A stretch of DNA of 64,000 bases from Bacteroidota bacterium (GCA_049663345.1 JBATDG010000087.1:33695-97694), one strand, 5' to 3'; shown: positions 1 through 9,943, counted from the first letter of the stretch. Translations and numbers: made by a program. Notes: generated by a model not told the origin, from the sequence alone.

Positions 1-890
1 GCCAAGTTATAGATGCTATGTATTTGGTCGAATTCTTCTACGGCGGTCAAATCGCCTGGATAGATCCGCCAGCGGATTTTTATCTGGCATGGAGAGTTCG
101 TGGTCCGGCAGGCGACTATGCTCGTATCCTCATGATGAAGCCCGCATTGGAACCTTTGCGCTCCGTTATTATCAATGCGAACAATACAACGACGCTTGCA
201 ACGGATTTTATGAGGTCGCAGCTGCAGCTGGGTTCAACAGATTCCGTGGATTTCAAAGCCACGGTTCATGCCTGCTGGCCTTATGGGGTTCCTGTTGAAC
301 TTACAGCATTCACGGCACGCTATGCAGACAACGCTGCATTGTTGGAGTGGCACACTGCCACAGAGGAAAATAATCGCGGGTTTATCATTGAACGCCTGGC
401 CGCTACTTCGGACATTGGAATGATGAATCTATGGCAGCGAATCGGTTTCGTAGAGGGGAATGGGACTACGAATCTTCCTCAATCATATTTCTTCGTAGAT
501 CCGTATCCTACGGACGCGATTGACAAGAACGGAGTTGCACACTACCGGCTGCGTCAGATGGACTACAATGGCCGCTTCGATGTATCTCCAGCAGTAGAAC
601 TAGCCATACCGCATGATTACAGCTTTGCTCTTGAACAGACATATCCGAACCCGGCGAACCTATCCGCAGCCAGCGCAACGGTCTCGTTCACTCTCCCTGA
701 AGAGCAATCTGCAAGACTAGAACTCTTTGATGCACTTGGCCGGTCTGTTCGCATCATCGCTGAGCAAGATTATACAGCCGGCATCCACCGGACTGATATC
801 TCGCTCAACGGTCTTCACTCCGGCGTGTATTTTTATCGTCTCACGTCCGGCGGAGCTATGTTAACCCGCCGTATGACGGTGATCGACTAA
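1..890 (+). CDS. Secreted protein with a T9SS (Por) C-terminal sorting domain. It is 5'-partial, because the reading frame is open to the window edge. It carries the conserved pre-CTD module (LEWHTATEENNRGFIIER...YRLRQMDYNG) also present at 32476..34263 and 35524..36891
   Basis: The C-terminus reads YPNPANLSAASATVSFTL...GVYFYRL, typical of the Por_Secre_tail. There is no in-frame stop upstream of position 18, and M18 is not followed by a signal peptide. Confidence 0.7.
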   Translation, partial: QVIDAMYLVEFFYGGQIAWIDPPADFYLAWRVRGPAGDYARILMMKPALEPLRSVIINANNTTTLATDFMRSQLQLGSTDSVDFKATVHACWPYGVPVELTAFTARYADNAALLEWHTATEENNRGFIIERLAATSDIGMMNLWQRIGFVEGNGTTNLPQSYFFVDPYPTDAIDKNGVAHYRLRQMDYNGRFDVSPAVELAIPHDYSFALEQTYPNPANLSAASATVSFTLPEEQSARLELFDALGRSVRIIAEQDYTAGIHRTDISLNGLHSGVYFYRLTSGGAMLTRRMTVID

Positions 891-900
891 CAGCACTTTA

Positions 901-2754
901 ATGAAGCGGCAGCCTGCGCATTCGAAAGCGCCTGGCGGTAAGCAGTTGTTCGGCACAGCCAAAATGGATGTGCTTATCCCTGCTGTAATCGCGTTGGCGG
1001 CTATCAGTCTTCGTCTTGCATTCATTTCCTCACTTCGCGAAACACCCTTTTTTCTGCAGCATTTTTCAGACACAAAGCTCTACATGCAGCTTGCGTCGCA
1101 GATTCTGGGCGATGGAATTCCGCAGGCATACTTCATGTCTCCGCTGTATCCATACATGATCGCGCTCATCTGGAAAGCTACCGGGAATCCGGAGTTGTGG
1201 GTCCGAATACTTCAGGCCCTGTTCGGGGGAGGTACAGCGTTGTTGACGTATTTTATTGGGAAAATGTACTTCAGCCGAAGCACCGGGATAGTCGCCGGGG
1301 CGATCGTGGCGTTGTACGCTCCGCTGATTTATTATGACGGCCTCCTTCTGACTGAATCGCTTCAGACATTGCTGTTCACCGGACATCTTCTCATACTTCT
1401 GGCTGCATTGGAGAAAAGGGAGATCAAATACTGGATCGGCGCTGGTGTCTTGCTTGGTCTGTCCGTTATCACTCGCGCGAACATCATTGTATTCCTCCCG
1501 GCCTTTCTGGTTATCTGGATGTTCTTGAAGAAGGAATCGAAACCGTCTCCTCGAAGCCTTCTCGCCTATGCGTTCGCAACGATCATGGTTATTGTGCCAA
1601 TTACTCTGCACAACGCGGCAGCGGAGGGAGTGCTCATCCCGACAACGTCTTCGCTTGGGTACAACCTCTACGCAGGAAACAATTCGGAAGCGACGGGACT
1701 GTACACCATGCCTGACGGAGTAGATCTCTCAGAGGATCTCAACGGCACACATTGGGTAGAAAAACAGACCGGTCGTAACATGAATTCGGCACAGGTTTCC
1801 GACTTCTGGCGCGATCGGGCACTCGGTTGGATGGGAACGCATCCCGGTGACGCGGCAATTCTCTTCGCCCGAAAAATTCTGCTGTTCTTTCATCCCGGCG
1901 AAATTGATCAGCTGGGACTCAGCATGCGGTTTTACACAAACGAATACGGTTGGGTGATCGGCCTTCCTCCCGGTGCCTTCCCGGTGCTGCTGATTCTCTC
2001 CGCAATCGGGCTTCTGCTGGCATTCAGAGATGGAACGGCGACCTGGGTACCGCCGCTCTTCCTTCTCGTTTACGTGCTCTCCACGGCTGTATTCTTTATC
2101 AGTGGTCGCCTGCGTTTGCCTGTTCTGCCTATTCTTATTCTCTACGCGGCGAGCGCATTGGTTGTGCTGGTGCAGCGCAGTAAGGAAGGCCGCTTTGCTT
2201 CTCTGCGCATCCCGGTTGCAGCAGGGGCAGTCGCGGCTCTCGCGTTAATATTTCTGCAGCCGGAAGTGCGCCAGGGTTTTGAACAGGAGTATCTGAAGAT
2301 CGGGCAGGCGTCCTTCAACACAGGCGCGTATCCTGAAGCAGAGCGCCGATTCAGAGCTTCGCTGAATGAGCAGGTTACTGTCGATGCGCTGGTAAATTTG
2401 GGGAATGCGCTTGCGGCGCAGAAACGTGTGGAGGAGGCGGCGGAACAGTATAGGGAAGCACTCAATATGGATTCAACCGCAGCGCTCGCCTGGTTCAACT
2501 ATGGCAATTTGCGCATGCAGACCGGGTCTCCTCAATATGCCTACGGGTACTGGAAGAAGGCCATCGAATGCGATCCTTTTCTTGGGGATGCGAGAAGGAA
2601 TCTAGGCTTACTGCTGATGCAGGCCGGGCGTCTGCCTGAAGCGAGAGAACAGCTGACGAAATATCTTGAACTTGAGCCCGATCCTAAGCGGCGCTCCGAG
2701 ATCAACCGTGATTTGGAGCGCATTCGTCAGATCCTGGAAAAGGATGGACGCTGA
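901..2754 (+). CDS. Polytopic membrane glycosyltransferase-like protein (GT39/ArnT/PMT-like) with C-terminal TPR repeats. The true start may be M22, at about 964
   Basis: The N-terminal half has multiple hydrophobic helices. The C-terminal part shows TPR-like repeats (ALVNLGNALAAQKRVEEAAEQYREAL..., AWFNYGNLRMQTG...). Confidence 0.55.
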   Translation: MKRQPAHSKAPGGKQLFGTAKMDVLIPAVIALAAISLRLAFISSLRETPFFLQHFSDTKLYMQLASQILGDGIPQAYFMSPLYPYMIALIWKATGNPELWVRILQALFGGGTALLTYFIGKMYFSRSTGIVAGAIVALYAPLIYYDGLLLTESLQTLLFTGHLLILLAALEKREIKYWIGAGVLLGLSVITRANIIVFLPAFLVIWMFLKKESKPSPRSLLAYAFATIMVIVPITLHNAAAEGVLIPTTSSLGYNLYAGNNSEATGLYTMPDGVDLSEDLNGTHWVEKQTGRNMNSAQVSDFWRDRALGWMGTHPGDAAILFARKILLFFHPGEIDQLGLSMRFYTNEYGWVIGLPPGAFPVLLILSAIGLLLAFRDGTATWVPPLFLLVYVLSTAVFFISGRLRLPVLPILILYAASALVVLVQRSKEGRFASLRIPVAAGAVAALALIFLQPEVRQGFEQEYLKIGQASFNTGAYPEAERRFRASLNEQVTVDALVNLGNALAAQKRVEEAAEQYREALNMDSTAALAWFNYGNLRMQTGSPQYAYGYWKKAIECDPFLGDARRNLGLLLMQAGRLPEAREQLTKYLELEPDPKRRSEINRDLERIRQILEKDGR

Positions 2755-2761
2755 AAACAAA

Positions 2762-2786
2762 AACGCCCCCTGATTGAGGGGGCGTT
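2762..2786. terminator. Bidirectional rho-independent terminator between the convergent genes
   Basis: The sequence AACGCCCCC-TGATTGA-GGGGGCGTT forms a perfect 9-bp stem. Confidence 0.7.
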
Positions 2787-2789
2787 GAG

Positions 2790-3362
2790 TTATTGTTCGT
2801 CATCTGCAAGAAGATCAGGCTCATCGGAAAGCGGAAATTCTTCCTCCTCCGCCTTGGAAAGCGGGTGTGGAGGCAGATTAAGCACCTCATCGGCGAAATG
2901 CTGCACCAGGTAGGCAATGATATCTTTGACGGAAACAAGTCCCAGAGGCTCGAACGCATCGTTCACGATGGGAATGTGGCGATAGCCGCCGAGATCCATG
3001 AAATTGAGCGCATAGGCGATCGTATCGTCATCGTTAAGCGCCTGGGGATGAATGGTCATCACCTCAGTTATCGGCGACGAACGGAGGTCGAACGATGATC
3101 CGACAATTTTTTTCAGCACATCGCGTTCAGTGAATATGCCGAGCAGTTTCTGATGGCTTGTGACCAGTACGCATCCGATGCGTTTGGTCTGCATCAGGTG
3201 AATCGCGTCACGTATCGGTGTGTCGATGTCAACCGTGATCGCAGGCTTCATGAGACTGCGCAGTGATCGGCGCAAATCTTCCACTTCCAGTGCAGGAATA
3301 TAGGGGTCGGCATCCTGACTGAGGTCTAACTCCGGATCGTCCTTCCTGTTCATCACTACCAC
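2790..3362 (-). CDS. CBS-domain pair protein
   Basis: Two CBS-like motifs are present (ITVDIDTPIRDAIHLMQTKRIGCVLVT..., VMTIHPQALNDDDTIAYALNFMDLGGYRHIPIV). Confidence 0.7.
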   Translation of the reverse strand: MVVMNRKDDPELDLSQDADPYIPALEVEDLRRSLRSLMKPAITVDIDTPIRDAIHLMQTKRIGCVLVTSHQKLLGIFTERDVLKKIVGSSFDLRSSPITEVMTIHPQALNDDDTIAYALNFMDLGGYRHIPIVNDAFEPLGLVSVKDIIAYLVQHFADEVLNLPPHPLSKAEEEEFPLSDEPDLLADDEQ

Positions 3363-3379
3363 TTTCGCTGGTGAAAAAA

Positions 3380-4915
3380 CTATTCAAGATTTCCGATGGT
3401 ACTTTCTACGTTTTCCAAGATAGTATTTTTTTGCACTAGTTCAGCGGTGCGGCGAAGATCTTCAAACATCAAACGGTCTGCATCGAGGTGAGGTACAGAC
3501 TGTCGGATAATGTTATGCGCGACGCGCGTGCCGCGGCCGAGTCCCATTGGCAAATGGAAATCAAGAGCCTGAGCCGCGGTCATAAATTCCACCGCCAGCA
3601 CGTTCTCTACATTGCGCATGATCTGCCAGGCCTTTCGTGCGCCAATGGATCCCATGCTGTTGTGATCCTCCTGATTCGCAGAAGTAGGAATTGAATCCAC
3701 GCTCGCCGGATGCGAGAGAACCTTGTTTTCCGAAACCAGAGAGGCCGCAGTATACTGCGCGATCATAAGGCCGCTGTTGAGTCCTCCCTTTGCGGTGAGA
3801 AAGCGGGGGAGTCCGCTCAGTTTTCCATTCACCATCCGTTCAGTGCGGCGCTCGGAAATACTGGCGAACTCTGACAAGGCTATGCCGAGGAAATCCGCTG
3901 CAAGGGCCACCGGCTGTCCGTGAAAATTCCCACCTTCGACGAGAGATCGGGTCTCCGCGAATATGAGGGGATTATCCGTTGCCGAGTTGATTTCACAGAG
4001 CAATACATTTTCAACGTAACCGATCGCATCGCGCGAGGCCCCGTGAACCTGCGGCATGCAGCGCAAAGAGTACGCATCTTGCACCGCGTCATGTCCGTCC
4101 CGATGCGACTCGCGAATTTCACTCTCATCCAAAAGACGCAGGATATTGCGCGCGACCGCCTGCTGTCCGGGATGCGGCCGCACCGCATGCAGGATCGGGT
4201 TGCAGGCATTTGTGGTGCCGAGCAATCCTTCGAGCGTCATGGATCCCGCGATATCGAACTGCCGCGCAAGCGCTTTTGCCCTTGCGGTCGTCCAGCTCAA
4301 ATATGCCGTCATCATCTGCGTACCGTTGATCAAGGCCAGACCTTCCTTCGCAGCAAGCACCACGGGTTGTAGTCCATGTGCCTGCAGTGCCTCGGCTGCG
4401 GGACGCGGAGTCCCGGTCGCACTCCACACTGTTTCGAGTCCCATCATCCCGCAAACCAGGTGCGCGAGCTGCACCAGATCGCCGCTTGAGCCGACGGATC
4501 CTTGAGAAGGAATCACCGGAATGATATCGGCATTGAGCATCGCAAGCAGCAACTCGACGGTACTCACCCGTATCCCGGAATATCCTTTCGCAAGCGCGTT
4601 GGCGCGCAGCAGCATGAGGATGCGGGTGATATGTTTCGGCATGGGATCGCCGCAGCCGACTGCGTGGCTGATGATAAGGTTGCGCTGCAGCTGCTCGAGC
4701 TGATCGCTTCCGATATGCACATTGCTGAATTCACCAAAGCCCGTAGTGATGCCATACATGACCTTGTTGTCGCGCACCCATTCATCAACCAATGCACGCG
4801 ATGCCTGCATGCGCGGAAGGGCCTCGGCGGATAGCTCCACCGTGCAGTCCCCGGCCGCCGCAATGAGTACATCTTCCAGTGTGAGAGAATTGCCGTCAAT
4901 CGTGAGCGTTTTCAT
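3380..4915 (-). CDS. Aromatic amino-acid ammonia-lyase of the HAL/TAL/PAL family (MIO cofactor type). At 511 aa it is HAL-sized, and its substrate is not resolved
   Basis: Family signature GSVGSSGDLVQLAH (the MIO-forming triad reads Ser-Ser-Gly rather than Ala-Ser-Gly), plus the N-terminal GITTGFGEF motif. Confidence 0.8.
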   Translation of the reverse strand: MKTLTIDGNSLTLEDVLIAAAGDCTVELSAEALPRMQASRALVDEWVRDNKVMYGITTGFGEFSNVHIGSDQLEQLQRNLIISHAVGCGDPMPKHITRILMLLRANALAKGYSGIRVSTVELLLAMLNADIIPVIPSQGSVGSSGDLVQLAHLVCGMMGLETVWSATGTPRPAAEALQAHGLQPVVLAAKEGLALINGTQMMTAYLSWTTARAKALARQFDIAGSMTLEGLLGTTNACNPILHAVRPHPGQQAVARNILRLLDESEIRESHRDGHDAVQDAYSLRCMPQVHGASRDAIGYVENVLLCEINSATDNPLIFAETRSLVEGGNFHGQPVALAADFLGIALSEFASISERRTERMVNGKLSGLPRFLTAKGGLNSGLMIAQYTAASLVSENKVLSHPASVDSIPTSANQEDHNSMGSIGARKAWQIMRNVENVLAVEFMTAAQALDFHLPMGLGRGTRVAHNIIRQSVPHLDADRLMFEDLRRTAELVQKNTILENVESTIGNLE

Positions 4916-5023
4916 AATCCTGTAGTACAGTTGGACTCAAAAAAAGTACATCAACAAAAATACACAGATGGCGCGAGAGGGGAAAGGGCGGAAATCCTCG
5001 GCCCTAACACACAAACTTTGTTT

Positions 5024-5215
5024 CCTGCGTGTGCCTTTTCCTGCGTGTGCCTTTTCCTGCGTGTGCCTTTGCCTCCGTGGGCCGTTGCCTGCGTGTGCCG
5101 TTGCCTGCGTGCGCCGTTACCTGCGTGCGCCGTTACCTGCGTGCGCCGTTACCTGCGTGTGCCGTTGCCTGCGTGCGCCGTTGCCTGCGTGCGCCGTTGC
5201 CTGCGTGCGCCTTTG
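5024..5215. repeat. Tandem direct repeat of 12 x 16 bp (consensus CCTGCGTGYGCCKTTG), located between the divergent lyase gene and the regulator gene
   Basis: The period is read directly from the sequence. The six-frame ORFs 4931..5343 inside it are artefacts of the repeat. Confidence 0.9.
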
Positions 5216-5335
5216 CCGGGCGCGGTGAACGCTCGCCTACGCCGTTTTTCGGCTTTGCCAAGCGCTTGACTTTGAAAGTATTTGCGTTTATGTTGTTCCT
5301 AACGTTTGAAAAATACCAAACATTAAGGCCGCTAC

Positions 5336-5827
5336 ATGGATAGTCGTCCTGCACTGCTCCAGAAGGAATTTGTCGAAGCATTCGGCAATCTGTATGCGGC
5401 CTATGGCTGGAAGCGTCTCGATGGACTGATCATCGGCCTGCTACTCGCGAAGGCCGAGACACTCTCTCTCGATGAAATTTGTACATCGCTTGGCCGGAGC
5501 AAAGGTCCGATCTCCGAAAGCGTTCGTCAGCTCGCTGCACGGGGATTGCTGCGTAAAATGGCGGGCCGTGAGAATCGTCGCGATTACTACGCAATCGAGC
5601 CGGATCTGTTTTTCCACAATCATCAGCTCAACATGCGGGCTGTGCGGAAGAACAGAGCCATTGCGGAGGAGTATCTCGCGCAGGAAGCGGGTTCTGCAGA
5701 ACTCGAAGGCATGCGGAAAAATCTTCGCATCATGCACGCCTTCTATACGTTGATGGAGAGTTTCTATAGTGATTTTTCCATGAGATGGAACGCAGAGAAA
5801 CAGCGGCTCATCGAATTGGAGAAATGA
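5336..5827 (+). CDS. GbsR/MarR-type winged-helix transcriptional regulator
   Basis: N-terminal wHTH region (LSLDEICTSLGRSKGPISESVRQLAARGLLRK) and size typical of the GbsR family. Confidence 0.6.
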   Translation: MDSRPALLQKEFVEAFGNLYAAYGWKRLDGLIIGLLLAKAETLSLDEICTSLGRSKGPISESVRQLAARGLLRKMAGRENRRDYYAIEPDLFFHNHQLNMRAVRKNRAIAEEYLAQEAGSAELEGMRKNLRIMHAFYTLMESFYSDFSMRWNAEKQRLIELEK

Positions 5828-5882
5828 TCGGTCTGCGATGTAGTTTTCTGATCACAGGTACACGCTGCAAAAGGATAGGACT

Positions 5883-6905
5883 ATGAGAACGGCTGTTATC
5901 ACCGGTACCGGACTGTACGCGCCAGGGGAACCGATTCCGAACTCGGTTTTCAACGAGCGGCATCAGCAGGATATCGATAGCTTCCTTCGGGAGAACCGCA
6001 ACATTCTTCAGCGCTATTACATGGCGGAGGACCAGGCTACATCCGATTTGATCGTGCCGGCGGCAAAGGATGCACTCGCTGAGGCGGGAATCACTGCCAA
6101 GGACCTCGATCTGATCATCGTGTCCACAGACACACCAGACTATATTTCTCCCAGCACGGCTGCTGTGGTTCAGTATCGCCTTGGCGCAGGCAACGCGGGG
6201 GTCTTTGATGTGAACACGGCCTGTGCGGGATTCGTGACTGCCCTCGACATTGCCTGGAAGTACATTCGTTCGGATGAACAATACCGGCACATCCTCGTTG
6301 TCGGGGCATACGGGATGAGCAAATATCTGGATCAGGACGATTACAAAATCGCGACGCTTTTCGCGGACGGGGCCGGTGCCGTCGTGCTCTCCGCTGCAGA
6401 CAGCATGCCGGATGCCGCCGGGCGGTCTTCCGTGGGAGTCCTCGCCTCGACGCTGTACGCGGACGGCAGCTTCCATGACTACATGGGAATTTTCAGCGGG
6501 GGGACGCGCATCCCGGCCTCGCACCAGAGTATTGATGCAAAGGATACTTTACTCCGATTTGCGAAGAAAATTCCTCCCGAAACCAATTCGCAGAACTGGC
6601 CGCGGCTGGTACGGACGGTGCTTGACCGCATCGGCAAAACGCCGCAGGATGTGAAGAAGTATTTTTTCACGCAGATCAACATCAACAGCATTCAACAGAC
6701 GCTCGATTTTCTCGATGTGCCGCATGAACGCTCACATAACGTCATGGATAAATTTGCCTATACCGGCAGTGCCTGCATCCCGATGGCCATCGCCGACGCC
6801 GTCGATGCGCATCGGCTGGACAATGGCGACCTGGTCATGCTCGTAGGTTCAGGCGGCGGCATCTCCATGGCGGCCCTCGCGCTCGAATGGTCCTACACCA
6901 CCTGA
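5883..6905 (+). CDS. 3-oxoacyl-ACP synthase III (FabH-like KAS III)
   Basis: Active-site region NTACAGFVTALDIAW with Cys, 340 aa, and a C-terminal GSGGG motif. Confidence 0.8.
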   Translation: MRTAVITGTGLYAPGEPIPNSVFNERHQQDIDSFLRENRNILQRYYMAEDQATSDLIVPAAKDALAEAGITAKDLDLIIVSTDTPDYISPSTAAVVQYRLGAGNAGVFDVNTACAGFVTALDIAWKYIRSDEQYRHILVVGAYGMSKYLDQDDYKIATLFADGAGAVVLSAADSMPDAAGRSSVGVLASTLYADGSFHDYMGIFSGGTRIPASHQSIDAKDTLLRFAKKIPPETNSQNWPRLVRTVLDRIGKTPQDVKKYFFTQININSIQQTLDFLDVPHERSHNVMDKFAYTGSACIPMAIADAVDAHRLDNGDLVMLVGSGGGISMAALALEWSYTT

Positions 6906-6914
6906 GTACTGCAA

Positions 6915-8414
6915 ATGAACAGTGAGACGTATTATTCCTGGATAGCATTTTCGGCCTACGCGATCATCATTGCGGGCATCGCGCTATGGTCGCGAAGCCG
7001 GGCGCGTTCGATGGAATCGTTTTCGGTCGGGACGCGGACCGTCAGTCCGTATTTCGTCGGACTGTCCCTCGCGGCCAACATGGCCAGCGCGGCGACTTTC
7101 GTCATCAATCCCGGTCTGATGTATCTTTACGGCTGGGCGGGAATTCTCGGCTACGCCGTCGCTACGCCGCTTGGGATTTTCCTGGCCCTCATCATCCTCA
7201 GCAAGAAGTTTCGCAGCATCGGAGATCGCACACGTGTGATCACAGTGCCGCAGTGGATTGGCGACCGCTTCGGCGCACGCTTTCTTACAGTGTATTTCTC
7301 GGTTCTCTCGCTTCTGCAGATCACCTTTCTCGTGCTGATCGTTGTGGGGCTCTCGGTCGTTTTGCGCAGTACTCTTGGCATCTCCATCGAGACGGCGCTG
7401 CTCGTGGTCGTGGGCTTCACCTTCGGCTACATCCTGCTTGGCGGAGCGAGCGCGCATATTCTCACGAATACAATTCAGGCGACGATAATGATCGTCGTGG
7501 CTCTGCTCCTTATCACATCGGGATTTGAATATTTCAGCGACGGCATTGGAGGGTTCTTTACCCGCCTCAGCGAAGTGTCGCCAAATTTTGCTTCGGCAAC
7601 GAATCCCGATAGCCAGCTGTTCCGTGACTGGTTTGAAGTGTTCGCCGCGAATTTTATCATCGGCATTGCCATTATTCTCCAGCCGCATATTATTTCGAAG
7701 TCGCTTTATCTGCGCACAGAAGCCGATGTCAACCGATATCTCGCAACGGCCATGATAGTCGCGACGCTGTTCTTTGCCGTACTTCTGACCGGTCTGTTCG
7801 CCAGACTTACCCTCGGCGGCGAATTGCTGAAACCCGACACAGTGATCGCGACCTATATCGTACAGGAGTTCTCTCCGCCCATCCGTGCCATTATCGGACT
7901 CGGTATACTCTCCGCTGGATTCTCCACGCTCGAAGGAATTCTCCTCGCGCTCTCATCGATATTCGCCAACGATTTTCTCAAGGGCGTGCTGCCCCGCCGC
8001 ATGACGGATGGGGATGCATGGAAAAAGCGTTCGCTGCGCTACGCGAAAATATTCCTTATTGCCCTCGCGCCTGTGACGCTTCTGCTCTCGCGGGATCAGC
8101 TTCTCCATCCCTCGCTGTCCGTCGCGCTCTTCGCGCAGAACGGCGTGTATGGACTGTTCGCCGCGACATTTGTCCCTGTGCTCTTCGGCGTGTTCACCCA
8201 GCGGGCGACAAAGGGGATGGTGTTCACTGCCTCGCTCGTCGCACTGGCCGTGCACTTCGGCATGTATTATGGGAAATTGACCGTCTACCACAATAATCCC
8301 GCCGTGACCGCAGCTATTGCGCTTATTGCAAGCGTCGCCATCATGCTTGCAATGATGGCAGTTTCACGCTCCACAGAGACTGCACGCTCGGTAGAAAAGG
8401 AGGCGGTCCGATGA
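6915..8414 (+). CDS. Sodium:solute symporter family (SSF) transporter
   Basis: About 13 TM helices with an SSF-like N-terminal pattern. The start overlaps the previous gene's stop region. Confidence 0.6.
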   Translation: MNSETYYSWIAFSAYAIIIAGIALWSRSRARSMESFSVGTRTVSPYFVGLSLAANMASAATFVINPGLMYLYGWAGILGYAVATPLGIFLALIILSKKFRSIGDRTRVITVPQWIGDRFGARFLTVYFSVLSLLQITFLVLIVVGLSVVLRSTLGISIETALLVVVGFTFGYILLGGASAHILTNTIQATIMIVVALLLITSGFEYFSDGIGGFFTRLSEVSPNFASATNPDSQLFRDWFEVFAANFIIGIAIILQPHIISKSLYLRTEADVNRYLATAMIVATLFFAVLLTGLFARLTLGGELLKPDTVIATYIVQEFSPPIRAIIGLGILSAGFSTLEGILLALSSIFANDFLKGVLPRRMTDGDAWKKRSLRYAKIFLIALAPVTLLLSRDQLLHPSLSVALFAQNGVYGLFAATFVPVLFGVFTQRATKGMVFTASLVALAVHFGMYYGKLTVYHNNPAVTAAIALIASVAIMLAMMAVSRSTETARSVEKEAVR

Positions 8415-9943
8415 ATGGCTCCGAAAGCATCCGCACGGACTGGTTCGATCGATGGGCGCTCTATTCCCCGGATCGACTCGCCCTGACGGACGAAGAATCG
8501 GGACGAACCTTCACCTACGCGCAATGCAGCCGCATCATCAACCGGCTCGCGCTTGTACTTCGCGATGAATATAAGGTGACGCACGGTGATCGGATTGCCG
8601 TCCTGGCCACGAATGAAATCGAGTACGTATTCCTTTTCTTCGCAGCTCAGAAAATCAGCGCGATTCTCGTCCCGATCAACTATCGGCTGGCGCCTCGTGA
8701 AATCGGACATATTCTTTCTGATTGCACGCCGGTGCTCTTTTCCTACCAGCGGCAGTTCACGGCAGAAATTGAAGCGCTGCCGAATGGAGTGGCGGATGGA
8801 ATACAGACAACTTCGTTCGATGGTCCCGACAGTCTGACCGCGCGCATGTTCAATGAAGAGCTGCCAGCGAATACTGTGCAGCAGCAAGCCGATTTCGAGA
8901 CACCGGTCATGGTGCTGTATACTTCCGGAACGACGGGGACTCCAAAGGGTGCTGTGATTACACACGGCATGCTGTTCTGGAATTCGGTCAACACGAGCAT
9001 GCGGCTCAATCTCGTTCAGCAGGACGTCACGCTGACGTTCGCTCCGTTTTTCCATACCGGTGGATGGAATGTGCTGACCACCCCGTTTCTGCATCGTGGT
9101 GCGCATATCATTCTTCTGAAGAAATTCGATCCCGAACAGGTGCTGCATCTTTGCGACAGCGCCGGCGTGTCGATACTTTTCGGCGTGCCGACCATGATGG
9201 ATATGATGCATCGCTGCAGCGCGTTCTCCACCGTGTCGCTCGCGACGGTGCGCTATGCCATTGTTGGCGGAGAGCCGATGCCCGCCGATTTGATACGCGC
9301 GTGGCAGGCAAAGGGCGTGCCTATAAGGCTTGGCTACGGATTGACTGAGTTTGGTCCCAACGTGTTTTCCCTTAATGAAGAGGATGCGATACGGAAAATC
9401 GGTTCCATCGGCTTTCCAAATTTCTATGTAGACACGCGTGTGGTTGACGACAGCGGCGAGGACGCTGCTGATGGTGCGGTTGGTGAACTACTGCTTCGCG
9501 GACCCGTGTGTACGCCCGGATACTGGAACAATCCCGAGGCAACGGCCGCCGCTATTCAGGATGGCTGGCTTCGGACAGGCGACCTTGTACGGCGGGACGA
9601 AGACGGCTATTTTTATGTAGTTGACCGCAAGAAGGATATGTTTATCAGCGGTGCAGAGAATGTGTATCCCGCGGAAATCGAACACTTTCTCCGCACACAT
9701 CCTGCAGTCGAAGCTGTTGCCGTTGTGGGTGTCCCTGATGAGAGGTGGGGTGAAGCAGGGAAAGCCTTCGTGGTGCTGCGCAAGGACGCCGTGACGACAG
9801 CGGAAGATCTGCTCGATTTCTGCAAAGGAAATCTGGCGAAATACAAAATTCCGAAGTATGTTGTCTTATTAGATGCTCTTCCGCTGAGCGACAGTGGAAA
9901 GATTCTCAAAAAGAAACTCAGGGCAATAGAAAATGGAAGGTAA
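8411..9943 (+). CDS. AMP-dependent synthetase/ligase (acyl- or aryl-CoA ligase)
   Basis: AMP-binding motif YTSGTTGTPKGAVITH, a GYGLTE motif and a C-terminal KYKIPKYV lysine. The start overlaps the upstream stop by 4 nt. Confidence 0.85.
   Translation: MNGSESIRTDWFDRWALYSPDRLALTDEESGRTFTYAQCSRIINRLALVLRDEYKVTHGDRIAVLATNEIEYVFLFFAAQKISAILVPINYRLAPREIGHILSDCTPVLFSYQRQFTAEIEALPNGVADGIQTTSFDGPDSLTARMFNEELPANTVQQQADFETPVMVLYTSGTTGTPKGAVITHGMLFWNSVNTSMRLNLVQQDVTLTFAPFFHTGGWNVLTTPFLHRGAHIILLKKFDPEQVLHLCDSAGVSILFGVPTMMDMMHRCSAFSTVSLATVRYAIVGGEPMPADLIRAWQAKGVPIRLGYGLTEFGPNVFSLNEEDAIRKIGSIGFPNFYVDTRVVDDSGEDAADGAVGELLLRGPVCTPGYWNNPEATAAAIQDGWLRTGDLVRRDEDGYFYVVDRKKDMFISGAENVYPAEIEHFLRTHPAVEAVAVVGVPDERWGEAGKAFVVLRKDAVTTAEDLLDFCKGNLAKYKIPKYVVLLDALPLSDSGKILKKKLRAIENGR

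Noticed and set aside
1066-1611. 181-aa minus-strand ORF and many other ORFs of 60-250 aa lying antisense within large genes (e.g. 5808..6524, 6984..7688, 8285..9211, 16213..16842, 18819..19499, 21827..22597, 28053..28868, 54131..55093, 58479..59549)
   Set aside because: They are fully embedded antisense to well-supported genes with recognisable domains. High GC inflates spurious ORF length, and none has family motifs
4931-5381. ORFs of 80-112 aa with repetitive translations (e.g. ...RVPLPACAVACVRR...) on both strands
   Set aside because: They are artefacts of translating the 16-bp tandem repeat, whose period is not a multiple of 3. They have no start context, and the composition is repeat-driven
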